Assembly: GCA_013115125.1 (NCBI GenBank)
Contig: JABANN010000197.1
Coordinates: 1-53,987 of the forward strand
Length of the DNA stretch: 53,987 nucleotides
DNA from: Perkinsus olseni
Taxonomy: Eukaryota
Direction of reading: 5' to 3'
Shown here: positions 36,690-50,165 of the stretch, one piece after another
How the letters are laid out: the number at the start of each line of letters is the position of its first letter
Numbering within the stretch: position 1 is the first letter of the stretch
Made by a program: the position numbers and the translations under genes
The notes under the pieces: generated by a model
Databases searched by the model: none
Told to the model about the DNA's origin: nothing
What the model saw: the letters and a program-made list of their open reading frames with translations, nothing else

Positions 36690-37109
36690 GGTTCGAAGCT
36701 ACGGAATCCGCTGGCTGATGGAACATGCGCAGTCCACGAAAAAAGAGTGCGCCATAAATCGATCACAATGGCGAGCGCGTTATGCCGCGCATCTTGGAAA
36801 TCTTTCCAATGAGTACATACTTCCTCAACCTTGTGGAACCGCTCAGACGCTCCCCGAGCGCTCAATGAAGCTCTTGGACATTCCTGCGTGTGATAAAGGG
36901 GTCGACGTGAACCCAGTAGTCGCCCTTGACGTACTTGATAGTCTTAATAATAAGGTAGTCAACCCGTGTCGTGAAAATGCGACCAAGACCCCGTCCCTAG
37001 GTCCCCTTTCTTTTTGAAGGGGATTGGGGGAACTTGTTATTATGTCCGACTCTCTCGGAAATGAGCAGCGTTCGTTTCTCGCCGTATTCCATTTTTCAGT
37101 ATTTTTGTA

Positions 37110-40100
37110 ATGACCAACTCCACCCAAGGCCCTGCCCCGGCGTCAAGCAGCAGCAGTAGCAGCGGCACGGCAATCGACCCCCTGGTTCTCTTGGGGGCGC
37201 AACTTCTAAGTTCCGTCAGCGTCAAGGTAAGATCCCTCCCCGTCATCGCTCGTGGCTTATCATCTCGCTTCTCACCAGACCGAACCGCCCGGCGACGCGC
37301 CAGCGACTCTCCCCAAGTCCCACTTCGCCCCGTTTCTCATCGCAGCCAAGGCAACTCACATGATCGACCCCAAACCTACTCCCCAGACGACAGACAAGCC
37401 GCTACCGCCTGGCACCGTTCCCGGAGGCGAGGGCGTCGCTATCAGCCACAGCGCGGGGCTAGTAGCATTACCGACGCTTCCACCACACCCGTCAAAGTGT
37501 ATGCGATGCCACGCCCCCTGGGAGCTTCGACAACAGAAGACGGGCTTCATGAAGAAGACGCTTTTACCGGTGAGTCGTGAAATCCTCCGTGTCGATGCAG
37601 CGGCCTTCTTTTAGGTTCTTCGGTGTACCGTAGACAAGACGCGCAATCACGATCTCTGGCTGTACGACGGCAACTGGGTGTCTCGATGGCAGAAACGGCG
37701 AAAACTCGGGTCGAAGGAGAAGAAAATGATAGAAGAAGCGGTGAGTTCGGAGAGTTAATTGCAGCACATTATTCAGGGCTCGACCCTTCCGAATTAAATT
37801 GTGTTTGAAGCACGATTCAGTGATTTCGATACCATAATCTTGTCCCAGATAGCGAACGGCGAGGTCCCTCCGATAATACCTAGACGAGTGAAGCCTGTTG
37901 TCTCCACTGCGGTGGTAGCAGACGGAAAAGAGAAAATTGACGGGTTGTTGACGGTGAAGCCGAAGCAGAAGTTCGCCAATAGACTTTGTCTCCTGCTGGC
38001 CGACAAGACGACCCGGTGCAAAGAGTAAGAGCGCTCTCGTTCACGTGTTGTCACGTCGGCTGTCGACTCTCGCCACGCAATGGATTGGGGCCATTCCTAA
38101 ATTCCAAGGGAGAAGTAAAAATTTCAACGACGCATTAACAGGCTTCTAGTTGCCTGGCGGTAAAAGTTCCGGGATCTGGTTGCCCTGTTCGGTTTCGGGA
38201 GTGGTTTCCGGTTATCCGTTCCCGCTTCACCCACAATACAGGGTTTTTTCTGTTGCCTTTCTCTTGCTTGCCGCTGAGGGGTCCCTGAAACTTTCCTTGG
38301 TTTGGAAACTCTCCCTTGGATTCGTGTCTTCACATCACCATTGTGATATTCTCTACAGTTGGATTCTAGAAATCTTTTATTGAACTTTCGATTTGAGATT
38401 GAGATTAACCTTTCCAATATTTACCTGGCTATTGTCTCTACCGGGTTTCGTTACGGCACCTCTCCTCCCTTTCAGTTGCGACTTCTGGTTGCGCGGGGTG
38501 AAGGTGAAGTCAGACCACGACGGTAACGTCGTCCATCAGGGAAGAACATGGTGCCATCTGCTTGACAAAAGCCGGAAAATCGGAGATACTCTACGGAAAT
38601 ATCGTTGCTCGGGTAAGCTCGTTCGTCGAGCCCTTTTTTTCTAATGTTTTTTTCAGAGACGGGCGAGCGTCTAGTTGTAGCACGTAACCCGTGTGGGACT
38701 TGCCTGTGGGCCGGTCTGACGTCGGCGCCGGAAAAGTACAGCACCGTCCCACTCCGCGACATCAAGCCCATTCCACCCATTCACGTGCCCAAAGAGCATG
38801 AATCCGAAGCCGCCGAGGAGACGGTCGAGCGGGGAGTTGTTGACAGCCGCTTCGCTCCGTTCAACATGTACGAAGATGAGAATGCTGCTTTGCGAGGCGT
38901 GAAGGCCACGAGGAGCGACCGAGATGGCGGGGAAGGTCGGTGCGTCACGCGTTGGGCTGTACTCTATCGTTTTGGCGGTGTCAGATTCTACGGTAGGGTT
39001 GAAGCTGCAGCGCACGACGGAAGAAGGATTCTCGCTTGACCGGTTGCCTATCGAGAAAAGGCAGCTGGCCGAGTCATCGCTCAAATGGGATTCCCATCAG
39101 GTGGGTTGTGGGGAGAAAATTTCCCGAAAATTTCCGGCGAGCTTTCGAAGTAGAGGTGGGCGACAGTAAGGGTACGGTCTAGTACGGCATACGGTACGGG
39201 TACGAGTACGGCTCCGTACCCGTACTACCCGTCGCAGCGGGTCCCGAGTACCGTACTATTACGCCGTATTTGAAGTACGGCGTAATTCAATGCTCGTATG
39301 CGTTATTTTATATATTTAATACATACTAGTTCTCCGTAGCCGTATTAGGTTGACAGTCTGAAACGTACTCCCTACCGTACTTCCCTCGACCCCAGTACGG
39401 TTGCCCAGCTCTATTCCGAAGTTGTGAAATTGTAGAAACTGTGCGCCGTTGAGTCAATATTAATACTGTTATTTGAACTGCACTATTATGAAATTTCCGA
39501 AAACATTTTCCCGTCGTATTTCGAAAAGCACTATTCTCAAAAAACTCTCTCATTCGGAGTGTAGGGAAGCAGTGAGATAACGCCCAGCCGAACGGAAAAT
39601 TTCCGTCGGAAATTTGGCGAACTTTTTTGGGGCTCCGTAGTGAAGCTGATCTAACCTATGCTGCTTGTATCGGTTCATCCCCTGCAGTACGGTTTAGTGC
39701 CCCAATCGCATATTCATTTTCGGGCACATAAAGAAGGCGATCTAACCTATGATACTCGTATCGTTCCATCCACTGCGGCACGCCTTAGTGACCGTAAGTC
39801 GCTCATTCATTGCAATGTTCAAGCTAAGACGCTCGTGATGATTATGGTGGTTTGTGAAATTCACCAGTAAGATTCAGCTGTGAGTCGGCAAGATCCTTGG
39901 TGCACCTCGTCCTCGTGCGGGCTGGCTTCCTTCTTCAATACGTTATTTGATATCCCACAGCTGCTTAGCAGCAGTAGTATTATCTTACACTCTGCCATCA
40001 ATTTTATTCTGATATTATGCCGGCAAACAATGATCTAGGCGCCCACGGGATTGGCACTAGCTCGCAGAAATTGCACCATAGCTATAACTGTTCAGAACAA

Positions 40101-40683
40101 CCGCCCTCCGGCTGTGCCAAGTCATTACCATACCATCGTCCCCGACGGTTTGGCTTCTCTTGGCGACGAGAGCCCACGGAGCAGCATATTCAGGGTAACG
40201 GAAATCTACTGGCTTGGCGATTGTAAATGTGACGATCAGATCGACACTCCGGGCGGTTGCAGTACTCCCTCCTTCCCTAGCGACGTATCGCCGTTGATGC
40301 AGCCGAAGCCGTCCGCTACGACTAAGGACCCCGTCAGTAAGTCTGTTCAATTCAATTCAACTCCTCCTACGTATTGATTTTTTTACACCGGGCATTTCTG
40401 ATTGCATTTGTCGCATTGATTATGTGTCGGAAAAACGCGGCTATCATGCTCGGAGATTTTGTTTACGCATTTCACGGTCGATGGATATCTATTATCAGCT
40501 CGCTTTCATCATCAGTCTCAGAAATTTTGAGAAGCGCTTGGTTTTCGTCCTTCGAGAAGTCTCGGCTCAAATTTTATTCTAGTGAATATCATAATTTCGG
40601 AATTTCTTACATTTTCTGATTTTTGATAGCTTTTTTGCGATTCAGGAGCCCTGGAAGATCTCATTCTCAACGAGGATTCTTGA
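37110..40683 (+). CDS. Hypothetical multi-exon protein with Cys/His clusters, divergent from the kinase gene
   Basis: Phase-consistent exons from MTNSTQGPAP... through CMRC, CDFW, CGTC to ...ALEDLILNEDS*; no family recognised. Confidence 0.55.
39151..39413. mobile_element. hAT-type MITE, copy 2 (263 bp)
   Basis: TIRs TAGAGGTGGGCGACAGTA / TACGGTTGCCCAGCTCTA; 8-bp TSD TTTCGAAG / TTCCGAAG; multiple GTAC(G) subterminal motifs. Confidence 0.85.
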
Positions 40684-41198
40684 GTGTATAATGTTGACCT
40701 TTCCTATAATGGAATGCACGATACATGGGCAGGCTGCTGCTGCTTGATAATGCTGAACCTCCGATGTCCGCAGTTGTGGTGGTGAGTAAGGCTCTGTTGT
40801 CGAGTTCATGTTGAAACTAATCGGAGAAGGGAGCTGCTAGGAATTTACTTGTTGGCTCTCTGTCGATGCCCCACCCAACGTATAGTGATAGGGCGTATTC
40901 GCAGCTGACTATTCTCGGGGAGGATAATCGGACAGATTTGTGGGACGGATGATGTTCGATTCAAACATCGTCCATCCCGCAACGAATATGCTTCTGAGTT
41001 GATCGAGCGACTCCTCCGTGTTACAGTATAGAGTACGCGATTTTTCGTCATCGGAAAACCCCCGATCAACTGCGCACTTGCTGTCATTTACGCTAAATTC
41101 AAGCACTTTGAGTAGTAGAGGCGGCTGCCTGTTGAGCGGCTGGGCTACAATCTCGAAAGGTAAGATCCTCAGAGGTCATATCAGGTAAGCTGAAAGCT

Positions 41199-41272
41199 TA
41201 CCCGATGCAGGATTCGAACCTACGACCATCTGCTCCGTAGGCAGTCATTCTATCTAGCTGAACTAATCGGGC
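41199..41272 (-). tRNA. tRNA-Arg(ACG)
   Basis: Reverse complement GCCCGAT TA GTTC AGCTAGATA GAAT G ACTGC CT ACG GA GCAGA TGGTC GTAGG TTCGAAT CCTGC ATCGGGT A. Confidence 0.88.
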
Positions 41273-42139
41273 AACTGGAAGAGAAGTGTTACTCTCCTCG
41301 CCGCCCAGGAGGTGTGTTTTCGTCACTGAATACCAAGGGATTGATTATGCATTAGACGATCGATTGATCAGCAGATGGTGAGAGCCAATATGACGACTAA
41401 TCAATAGATCAACTGACCGAACGATAAAAGCCGATGAGCCGCAAGACAGTAGTTGTTGTTTCTCCGTTGTTGTTCATCTTCAACTCACAACAGTGATTCA
41501 CCGCTGTTGTGAGTTACCTGCTCAGAGCACGATAAAGAGTCTGAGACAGTTGGAACGTTTCTGGCAGTCTTGGTGTGAAATACTGAATGAGCATTCGGTG
41601 CTAGCCTACTGTTACTCACTATGGGCCGATCATCTTGTGTATGCGTACATAGCTGATTCTCCTTGAGAGAGTGAGCCTAGAAGGAGTAGGGAGGAGACTC
41701 AGCTTCCGTCTTGCGTTGATTAGCCAAGCAAGCCAAACTGCTTTTCCGCCTACGACCATCTGCCCTAAGGGCTCAGTGGAAACTGGATGAGGTAAGATTC
41801 ACTTCATCCTGAGTAACAAGGTGTTGAGTGCCTCACCTTCCCAGAGGTTTTACGCTACTGAGATTGACCCCGTCGACGCTGTTGAAGTTTCCTGATTTCA
41901 ACGGTCATCGTCAGTGTCTGCATTTGCTGCTATTGCGTGTTTAATGTAAATCTACAAAAGTTCAGAAGTCTGAAAGAGCCGTAAACGACGTTTCACTTGC
42001 ACACGTCCACTAGACGTCAGTATTTTCCGCGTTACTACGTTTCACGCGTGCGCTATGACGCGCAGTGTTATTGCAGCACAAGATAATGTTGAACATATCG
42101 CGTTTGTCGCGAAAAAAAGTTGTACGCGTAAAACTGGTA

Positions 42140-42415
42140 TGTGAGTTCATAGTCCAACGCCGATTGCCGATGTGCTCAGTTGGGGACTTTCTGTAGCGTT
42201 GACATGCAATGCAATTCGGCGGATCGTCAAGAAGCTTCCCTCAGGGGTACATTCAAACAGAGAAGCTTCCTCTTCTCCTGGCAGGATCCCCTTCCACATC
42301 CGGGGCGTGTGAGTTTAAAGTCCAACGCCGACAGTACGGCTCATTTAGACTAGCACCTCCACTGTATCTGTATTAGTTCAGCCTGTGAGATGGGTTCTGT
42401 TCATCAAGCCAGGGA
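42140..42415 (-). mobile_element. Two-unit copy of the structured repeat family, flanked by ~45-bp imperfect direct repeats
   Basis: Cores at ~42140 and ~42307; flanks 42095-42139 and 42416-42461 (ATATCGCG...TACGCG.AAAAC.GGTA). Confidence 0.65.
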
Positions 42416-42525
42416 ATATCGCGCCTTTCGCGGGAAAAACACTTTACGCGCAAAACAGGTAGAACTCCACTGAACACAGCACTGTTCAACTTTCATACCA
42501 GACAAAAATATCACGTTCAAATATA

Positions 42526-44903
42526 TCATTTCAAATCTGCATTCACCTTCTTGTCACTCTCATGCGGTGTCACTTCCGCCACTCGCGTAATATTTTCACT
42601 CACAATCGCCCCCACCTTCACGTCGCCAGTCGCTTCCATTGTTTCCAGACTTTTTTCAATTTTTGCATCAGAAATGATGCTCTTGGCAACCTCCTCGTTC
42701 TGCCTCACAACATCCCAGTCGACGTTCTCAACAGCCATGTGATAAATTCTCGAAGAGTATTTCCATATTTCGCTCAACTCAGCATCTCGACCAATAAATA
42801 ACACAGCCGTAAAGATATGCCCGAGCATAACAACCGTCGGAATTTTCCATTTTTTTCGACCACCTGACGATTTCACCAACACATGCAGATCTTCGCAAAC
42901 CCCATGAAGGGAAGCCATGGCGTTGCAAAACGGCCCCATCAGTTTTCGCAACAGCAGAAGGGTCACCGGCCCGAGCGAGTGACGATCATAGACCGATTTC
43001 AGAAGTAGAAAGCAGCCCAGTGTAGAAGCGTTAGTCACTATAGTCTGCATCGAGCTTGCTGGGACTGATGAAAATACCCTCGTTAAAAATACCGGTACCG
43101 GGAATCGAACCGACGCCCCTCCAGCAGCACACAATACTCCCAGTAATAACAACACAGGCGGCGGTACGGCAACGTCAACTGATGGATCGATCTCTGTCAC
43201 AGTCCGAGGCCTCGAGGGATCTACTATACCCACTAAAACGGACCACAAAAAGCAAACCGCCAGGAGAGACAAACACGATCTCGGGCTGCTCTCCCTCAAC
43301 GCGCTAAGGCCACCACCACTGGAAGGCTTCAAAAAGATAATCATCAAAACCCCGATCGAATAAACCGCAGCCAAATAGAACGGCGCCCAACGGCCGTCAG
43401 CGACGAGACCGTCCAGAAAGGTGACATACTGTGACAGACACGCCACCACTGCAAGGCAAGCTGCACTGCGAGGGACCGGCGGCTCAGCGGGAAGAGCATT
43501 TTGCCGTGCTATGAGGGTCGGCGTGGAATCATCATCGTCCGAGAGATCTTCTACCGGGGCCGTGGACGCCCAGACGAAGACGCTGGAGAGGTTGAGAAAT
43601 ACCAGCACCTGATAGAGGGGAGATATGAATCATGCAAAGTTCGCGATTTTCCGAAATGTATTTTGCATGCGAATGAAAAATATACCGCGCGCGTCGGAAA
43701 GAGTATCTTCTGCATATGAAACGGTTTTATATATGAAACGGCTTCACATATGAAACGATTTCATATACGAAACGGTTTCATATATGAAACGGTTTTATAT
43801 ACGGAGCGATTTTATATACGAAACGGTTTTATATACGAAACGGTTTTATACACGAAACGGTTCCGTATATATAAAACGGCTTCGTGTATGAAAAAGTTTC
43901 ACTCCAGTCGATCATTCAGTCGGCATCCTCGCCCACGGAAGAACGAAGCTCTACGTATTGCCAAAAAATATAAACTCACCCAAAACCAAGCGGTCGGTGA
44001 GCTCGTCGAAAGAGGTCCAATGAAGCAAGCCGTGACAGCTTCTGTGCACATGGCGTGCAAGGCAGCTGACACCCAGGGCGAAGATGGCGAGGGCAATCCT
44101 GAGAAGGAAGGGGACAGCTTCGACACAAACGCGTCGGAGGGAACACGGGCATCGGCGAGTTGGGCGAGAGTAGGTATAGTAAGATTATAGATAATCAGCA
44201 TTTTATTAATAAATATTTTTTCCTGTTCTCGAGCCCAGAGGCAGGTATTGGGGCCGAATAAATTCACGAACTCAGGCCCGAAAACAACACCTGCGATCGG
44301 TTATTTCCAGTTAATGAAATAAGTTGGCAGAATTGACGATGGCCAGCTCCCAGATACGAAACTAAGACCATCTCACCGAGTTGAGATTTTGCAAGATTGC
44401 AAGATTTCTTCTCGGATCCTGGAGACCCCTCTCCGTTAGTGCTGGCGTAATCGGGAGAGTCCGATTCCGTCCAGACTGCTGGCTGCGCGAGAGGAGATGC
44501 TTCTCCCGGTTTTGAAGACGTTCGCTTGTGCGAGGAAGAAATTTTTTGTGTCCGGAAAATATCAATCTGAACGGAAGAAACCAAAATTCACGAAACGAAA
44601 TTTCCCGAGGAACTTCAACCAGTATCTTTCAATGAGAAAGATACGATAACGAAATACTCCAATACTACCAAAAGATACTCCAACCTAAGAGAAGCTGCCA
44701 CAGAAAAGTCCAACCTAAAAGATACTATCACAAAATAATCGATCGGGAAGATACTATCAAAAGATAGGCCAACCTAAAAGATACTATCACAAGATATGCC
44801 AGGCCCAAAGATACTATTAACAAACTCAACCTAACCTCGAGATACTCTGAAATCCAAAATACTGTTTTATTGCTTGCCTCCTTCCGATAAGATACTCAAC
44901 CAT
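42526..44903 (-). CDS. Hypothetical multi-pass membrane protein
   Basis: The large terminal exon 42526-43608 has several hydrophobic segments. Upstream exons can be joined in phase (M/IDIFRTQK.../VLFSGLSS/IALAIFALGV.../ELRSS/VLVFLNL). Confidence 0.55.
43713..43892. repeat. 17-bp minisatellite (ATAYGAAACGGTTTTAT), ~10 units, intronic
   Basis: Direct inspection of tandem units. Confidence 0.9.
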
Positions 44904-44980
44904 GCAAAAGATATTATCATTCTCAACATACCGCCATAATTTTGCTAATGCACCATTTATTCGAAAGCTGCATTTTCCAA

Positions 44981-47900
44981 CTATTCGCCCGGAGGGCCTC
45001 CAACCCCTTCATGCGGGCCTTCATCAACAACAACATCTTCGAAAATCACATCACCGTCGTCCTCAACCCCTCCCTCGTCGCTGCCGACCATCTCCCCCAT
45101 GATCGCATCCTCAACAGGCGGACGAGTATCTAATACAAATAAAGCCGAAATAAAATCTCGCTCGCCCTGAAAAATCCTGAAAAATTTTGTAAGTGACCAG
45201 CTGCGACCTAAGATTCCGCGAAGCGGCGACACGGGCGTTCAGTCATCAATATAAAAAATAACAAATTCCACAGCATTCAAGTGTCGTGAACAACGCGATT
45301 TCACTCATCACTTCATGAAAGAAGCTCTGCACGCATGCGCAAGGTACGATTGAAACACACACCGCACTGGCGCAAAACTTTCAGAAATTTCAAAAACTTT
45401 TTAAAAACTACGCGACTCAAATTTTTCGACTAAACAAAAAACTAGCGAAAAAATCTCTCAGAAAACCCAGACCATTCCAGCGTATCTTTTCCCCTCTCTA
45501 TCACCTCCAGCCGGCGGAAGGTCAACCTGTTCTTGACCATGTGGCTGGTAAGATACTTCCTCAAAGGCTCCAACTACCTCCACCACGCCCGACGGACCTT
45601 CCTCTTCCGCCCCTACAGCGGCCGCACTCTGTTGAGCTTCATCGGCTGAACCTAACAGGCTGACTATGAGCTGTTAGAGATCAAATTTGCAAATTGGGAA
45701 AAGCGCTCGCCCCGAATCGATCAACCGTTTCATATTTCTTTCACGCGAAACGTTACTCTGAATCACATAAATAAAATCACTGCAAAATATCGCGCGAGCG
45801 AATTTCCGGGAGACTCTCACCGAGTAAAGCAAAACATAACCCGACGCAAATCGATCAGCCGTTTCATATTCCCCCAATCGTCTTGGATCAAGGAATTGCC
45901 ATCGTTTGTCCTGTAGCAAGCCAGGGCAGAGAAGGTTGAACGAAGAGAACTAAAGTCAACGTAAGATACGCCTTCTCCCATTACTTAATGGTGTATTTGA
46001 TTAATTATAAAATGTCGGCCGATGAAATGAAACAAATTAGAAGAAAGATATCTTCGGTGCGTGTAGAGTCAAAAATTCTGCTGCACAATAAAAGATACGG
46101 AATTTTCCGAAATATACCAAAAAATACCGTGACAACACTAAATTCTATTACCAGCTTTAGCAGCCGTTCCAGATGTCTCTCCCGCAAAATCTTTCGTGTG
46201 CGCAGCTTGACCTAAGATACCAAAGATACGCCCTCAACCACCAAATCACAAGATCACCTTCCGCAACAGACTTCGGCGGTTCTGCATTCACATCCACTTT
46301 TCCCGACGGAGCAGACCTGCTGCTTTTCGGGACTATCAAATGAGCTTGTTTCTGACGACACTGCCTGAATTGGGAAAAAGCGCTCGCCCAGATGATCGAT
46401 TCTGTTATGAACATTACTCCAGTTCTGATGGCTCGACGCCTGTAAGATTCGCGATAGGCTCCCACGTATTCTCGGCTGGCGGGTAGTCCTTCCATTTAAC
46501 CAGAAATTCTTCCTCTGAAAACATAAAGATACGAGGGAAAGTAAGAAAAATTTGCGGAAAAAGATAGACACGCGGGAAAACATGAAGATACGAGGGAAAA
46601 TATGAAAAATTTGCGGGAAAAGATAAAGACACGCGGGAAAACACAAAGATACGCGGAAAAATATGAAAAATTTGCGGGAAAAGATAAAGACACGCGGGAA
46701 AACATGAAGATACGAGGGAAAATATGAAAAATTTGCGGAAAAAGATAAAGACACGCGGGAAAACATAAAGATACGCGGGAAAATATGAAAAATTTGCGGG
46801 AAAAGATAAAGACACGCGGGAAAATACAAAGATACGCGGAAAAATATGAAAAATTTGCGGGAAAAGATAAAGACACGCGGGAAAACATAAAGATACGCGG
46901 GAAAAGACTATGAAATTCGCGGAATTTCAGAGAGATAAGCAAGAGAGAAGATGAAGATACCCAGGAAAGCACAAAGATTCGCGAGAAGACGTGAATCACC
47001 GGCACCAGAATTTCCGGAAATCGTGATATCTTCATCGCTCGAGGAAAATTTTGAGCCCTAGATGGAATACACAGGAAAAAAAGGAGTGTGGAGTACAAAT
47101 CGAGATATCCGATCGCCCTTTTCCCGGAAATTTTTCGGAAAATACCCAAAAGAAATTTTAAAAATCAAACAGCGATTACTAAAGGGAAAGGACCCCCTCA
47201 GAGGGGCTCAATCGAGCTAGCACTCCATTTTCGACGGATTAATTTTGATCCAATCTTGTCATCTAAAAAAATTAGTTCTTAATCCATATATCACAAATAT
47301 GGGTATATCTCGATAAATTAGTAAAATTTTTTATCAATAATACTTAACCTTTTTTTATTTTTCTTCATTTCAATAATTAATCGGAAAGATGCGGCAGAAG
47401 ATTTCCCAACTCTGTCCCATTTACTACTCTTCCCAACCACGCGAACGTCCAGTAGGCACTCGACTTCGTATTCCTGATCCTCATCCTCGTCCGCGTCGTC
47501 CTCTTGAAGATCCTGAGCTTCGGCCTTCCTCGCCGCGTTGTTTCGATATATGTAATTCTTGCGATAATTCCTGAGGTCGAAAGATACCAAACGATACTTC
47601 CGACCTCCAAGATATCTCACTTTAGTTTACTGATTGCACTCTGATTTCCCGCGACATTCTCCAGACGAATCCACCAGTTCTCGAGGGGACCAGCGCTCCC
47701 TATTTTTCCGGTAATCAGATATTGTTCTTCTCGATCTTGTACGCGATAATCGCTGACAGTGTGAACTGACTTCACCCCAATCTCGGCCGAGAGGACGGGG
47801 TAATTCGCCTTCGCTTCGCTTGGCGGCGGCGACGGTGCCGACTGAAAATAAAAGATACTCACGGAGTATCTTTACGACCTATTTCACCAAAGGATAACCC

Positions 47901-49445
47901 AGAGAAAAAGATACTCACACTTTTGTCATCCCTGGGTGCCACCCTTTCCTCGGTTGCGACACGCTTCTGCGGTCGAGCTTCAGTCGGGGTCGAAGTTCGG
48001 CGCTTAGTCGGCGTGCGCTCCTTTTTGCCACCTGACTTGTACCATGCCAAGCCGAGCATCGCAAATGCCATTGTATATCATTACTAAGAGCTCGCTGAGA
48101 TGACCGATCGTGTCCGAATACCCTATGCGCTACTTTGAAGATACAACGACTATCCTAGTGTTAGGGGGAAGCAGTTGCAGCAGAGTGAAGTAGCTGCTTT
48201 CGAGTTTGTATGCTGGTTCAAGATTCCTGTACAAAATAGATACATACCCATCATCAATGTGACTAACAACCATGTGAAAACGAATCCTATCACGAATCCT
48301 ATCCAATCCTATCACGTGAAGCCGCCACTTGAAAGCTCTCCCCGAAAACACGCTCACACTGGAAAGATACTTCGATACCGTTGCCTCGACAGCAATAGTA
48401 TTCACCCTGCATCAAGCTACCTTTCTTCCCATCCTTAGCAGCCTTCGCCCGTTGAGATGCACACAAGCCAAGGAACCACTTCGATGCTTCAAGGTACGCC
48501 TGAATATGTCTAAATTTATATCACCTAAGTCAACCTTAGGATACGCCCGGGTATGTATAAATGTTAGTCCTCATGGAAAGATACCAATTGGATATCAGAA
48601 CGTGTTCCTAGCGTTAGCATATTTCAGGCGACCTCTTCTCGGGGGGCATATAAGAATGGCGGGTTGATCGCAGCTGTTGGCTTACGTCGCACTGACGAGT
48701 CGTCAGTGATCGTCTGAATGTGTCGAGACTTTTGGTTCCTCTTTGACATGTAATTACGTCTCGCACGCACGGCATGAAAGTTCTTAGGAAGAGATCCCAA
48801 CAAGTTTCATATCATCGTTGTGGCGGCACAAGGCGAACAATGAGAATCGTACAATTATACTTATTATTATCTCAGAAAATAAAATATTGTTTTATAAATA
48901 TGAGTTCCAGACTTAGTTCGTTGAACGACCGCCAATTTCTTCTTAAATATCCAACCACACAGTGACGTATCTTAGCTCACAATCTAGGTCGATCTACGAA
49001 CTCAGCATTGAGTTCAAAGGCCTTCATCTGGAGCACAAAGCACGAAGTATGGGAACAGCTTATCGACCGACCACAGCCTCTTTGAACGCGATTGTATTAC
49101 GGAAGCGGCTGACAACTAAACTTATATACTACGCGAAAGACATACTCCGTTTTACCCGAGTCCGCTGTACCGAGACTACCTGTTCGAAGGGGTAATTGGG
49201 TACGGTCATGCCTGCGAGGGCACCACCGAGGTCCTCTTCCGAGGAAGTCTCGGCCACGCGGTTGGGCAGGGGGAAGATGTTGATGGTACTCCCGAATTTG
49301 GCGATCCACTGGTTAGAGTCGAAGTCGAAGCTCACGCCGACGGCCAACTGAAAAGTATCTTTTACCGGTATGACGACCTAGGATCAACCTAAGATACGTT
49401 TATTACCTGAGCTATGTCGTCGATCCGATCCTTAGTTATGGACAT
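44981..49445 (-). CDS. AP2-like domain plus chromodomain protein, ~11 exons
   Basis: Exons 49445-49407, 49347-49180, 48499-48421, 48031-47919 and onward join in phase: GVSFDFDSNQWIAKF...YPFEQ/AYLEASKWF; EYEVECLLDVRVVGK/KEEFLVKWKDYPPAENTWEPIANL; acidic tail ending GPPGE*. Confidence 0.7.
46518..46905. repeat. 61-bp minisatellite, ~6 units, in the intron splitting the chromodomain
   Basis: Unit AAACAT.AAGATACG.GG.AAAATATGAAAAATTTGCGG.AAAAGATAAAGACACGCGGGA at 61-bp spacing. Confidence 0.92.
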
Positions 49446-50029
49446 CTCAACAAGAGCGAATCGCGACGCGAATTAGAATGCACGCATGAACGACAATTTC
49501 GTGGCGCGCGACGTTTCCTCCACCTTGTTGCAACTCGTTAACTTGCAATACTTTCGATGCTAGCAGCACGCATGGACATATGAAGAATAGACAGAAGAGG
49601 TCTCACTGTTGGCTCAATATGATTCAGACGTCTTTGGAACTCTTACTGTGAAGAACTACTGAGACCTATGACTATGCACGATGGCTTGCGTTAACTATAA
49701 GGGTCACATCAAGCACTCATTGCTCAACAACCTCAACGTCAATAACTCCTGCATAGCTATGAATGTGACTACTTCAGTGCAGGATAGATTAAGAGCAGGT
49801 TTCGTCACTCGTTGGAGACCTGTGTTCATCAGCAGTCTTTGGGACGCTTACCTGAACGAACTCGATATTACAACAACTTGGTACTGGAACCGAGAATCGA
49901 ACTTAAGTTGGTGGATGACCCTACCAGTCTTACCGCAAAAGATATATCGTCTTGGCTGGGTTGCTGCATCAACTCAAGAAGCCTTCTTGAAGAAGGGGCA
50001 ATTCGAAGAGAAATGTACGAAGTCCGAGG

Positions 50030-50165
50030 AAGCGCGCGAGAGAAGCAGACAAAGGCAACAGAAAACAACCTGAATTGCGGGTAGAGGCAGGAATGGGAAA
50101 CCCGAAACTCCACCGAGACCCGACAGGGCAAGCCGATCCCGGAACGGTTACCCATGGCAACCAGT
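50030..50165 (+). repeat. Dispersed ~130-bp repeat, also at ~15975-16080 (+) and ~38145-38280 (-)
   Basis: Shared CAACAG.AAA...CTG.A.TG.GG...ACAGGGCAA.C.GA.CCCGGAAC..TTACC...GGCAA. Confidence 0.7.

Noticed and set aside
7126-42415. CRISPR-like array interpretation of the GTGTGAGTTTAAAGTCCAAC cores
   Set aside because: Only 2-3 cores per cluster, spacing of 160-220 nt, intervening sequence reused between loci, no cas-like genes, eukaryotic context.
43750-44190. 146-aa plus-strand ORF
   Set aside because: Made of the 17-bp minisatellite and antisense exon sequence.
46254-47149. Long F/R/I-rich ORFs
   Set aside because: Translations of the 61-bp minisatellite inside an intron.
42526-49445. 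Single chromodomain-plus-transmembrane fusion gene (nuclear-envelope tether)
   Set aside because: An in-frame TAG at 44981 and an ATG|GT start at 44903 explain two genes more simply. A weak in-phase donor (GGG|GTTGGA) exists, so only RNA-seq can exclude the fusion fully.
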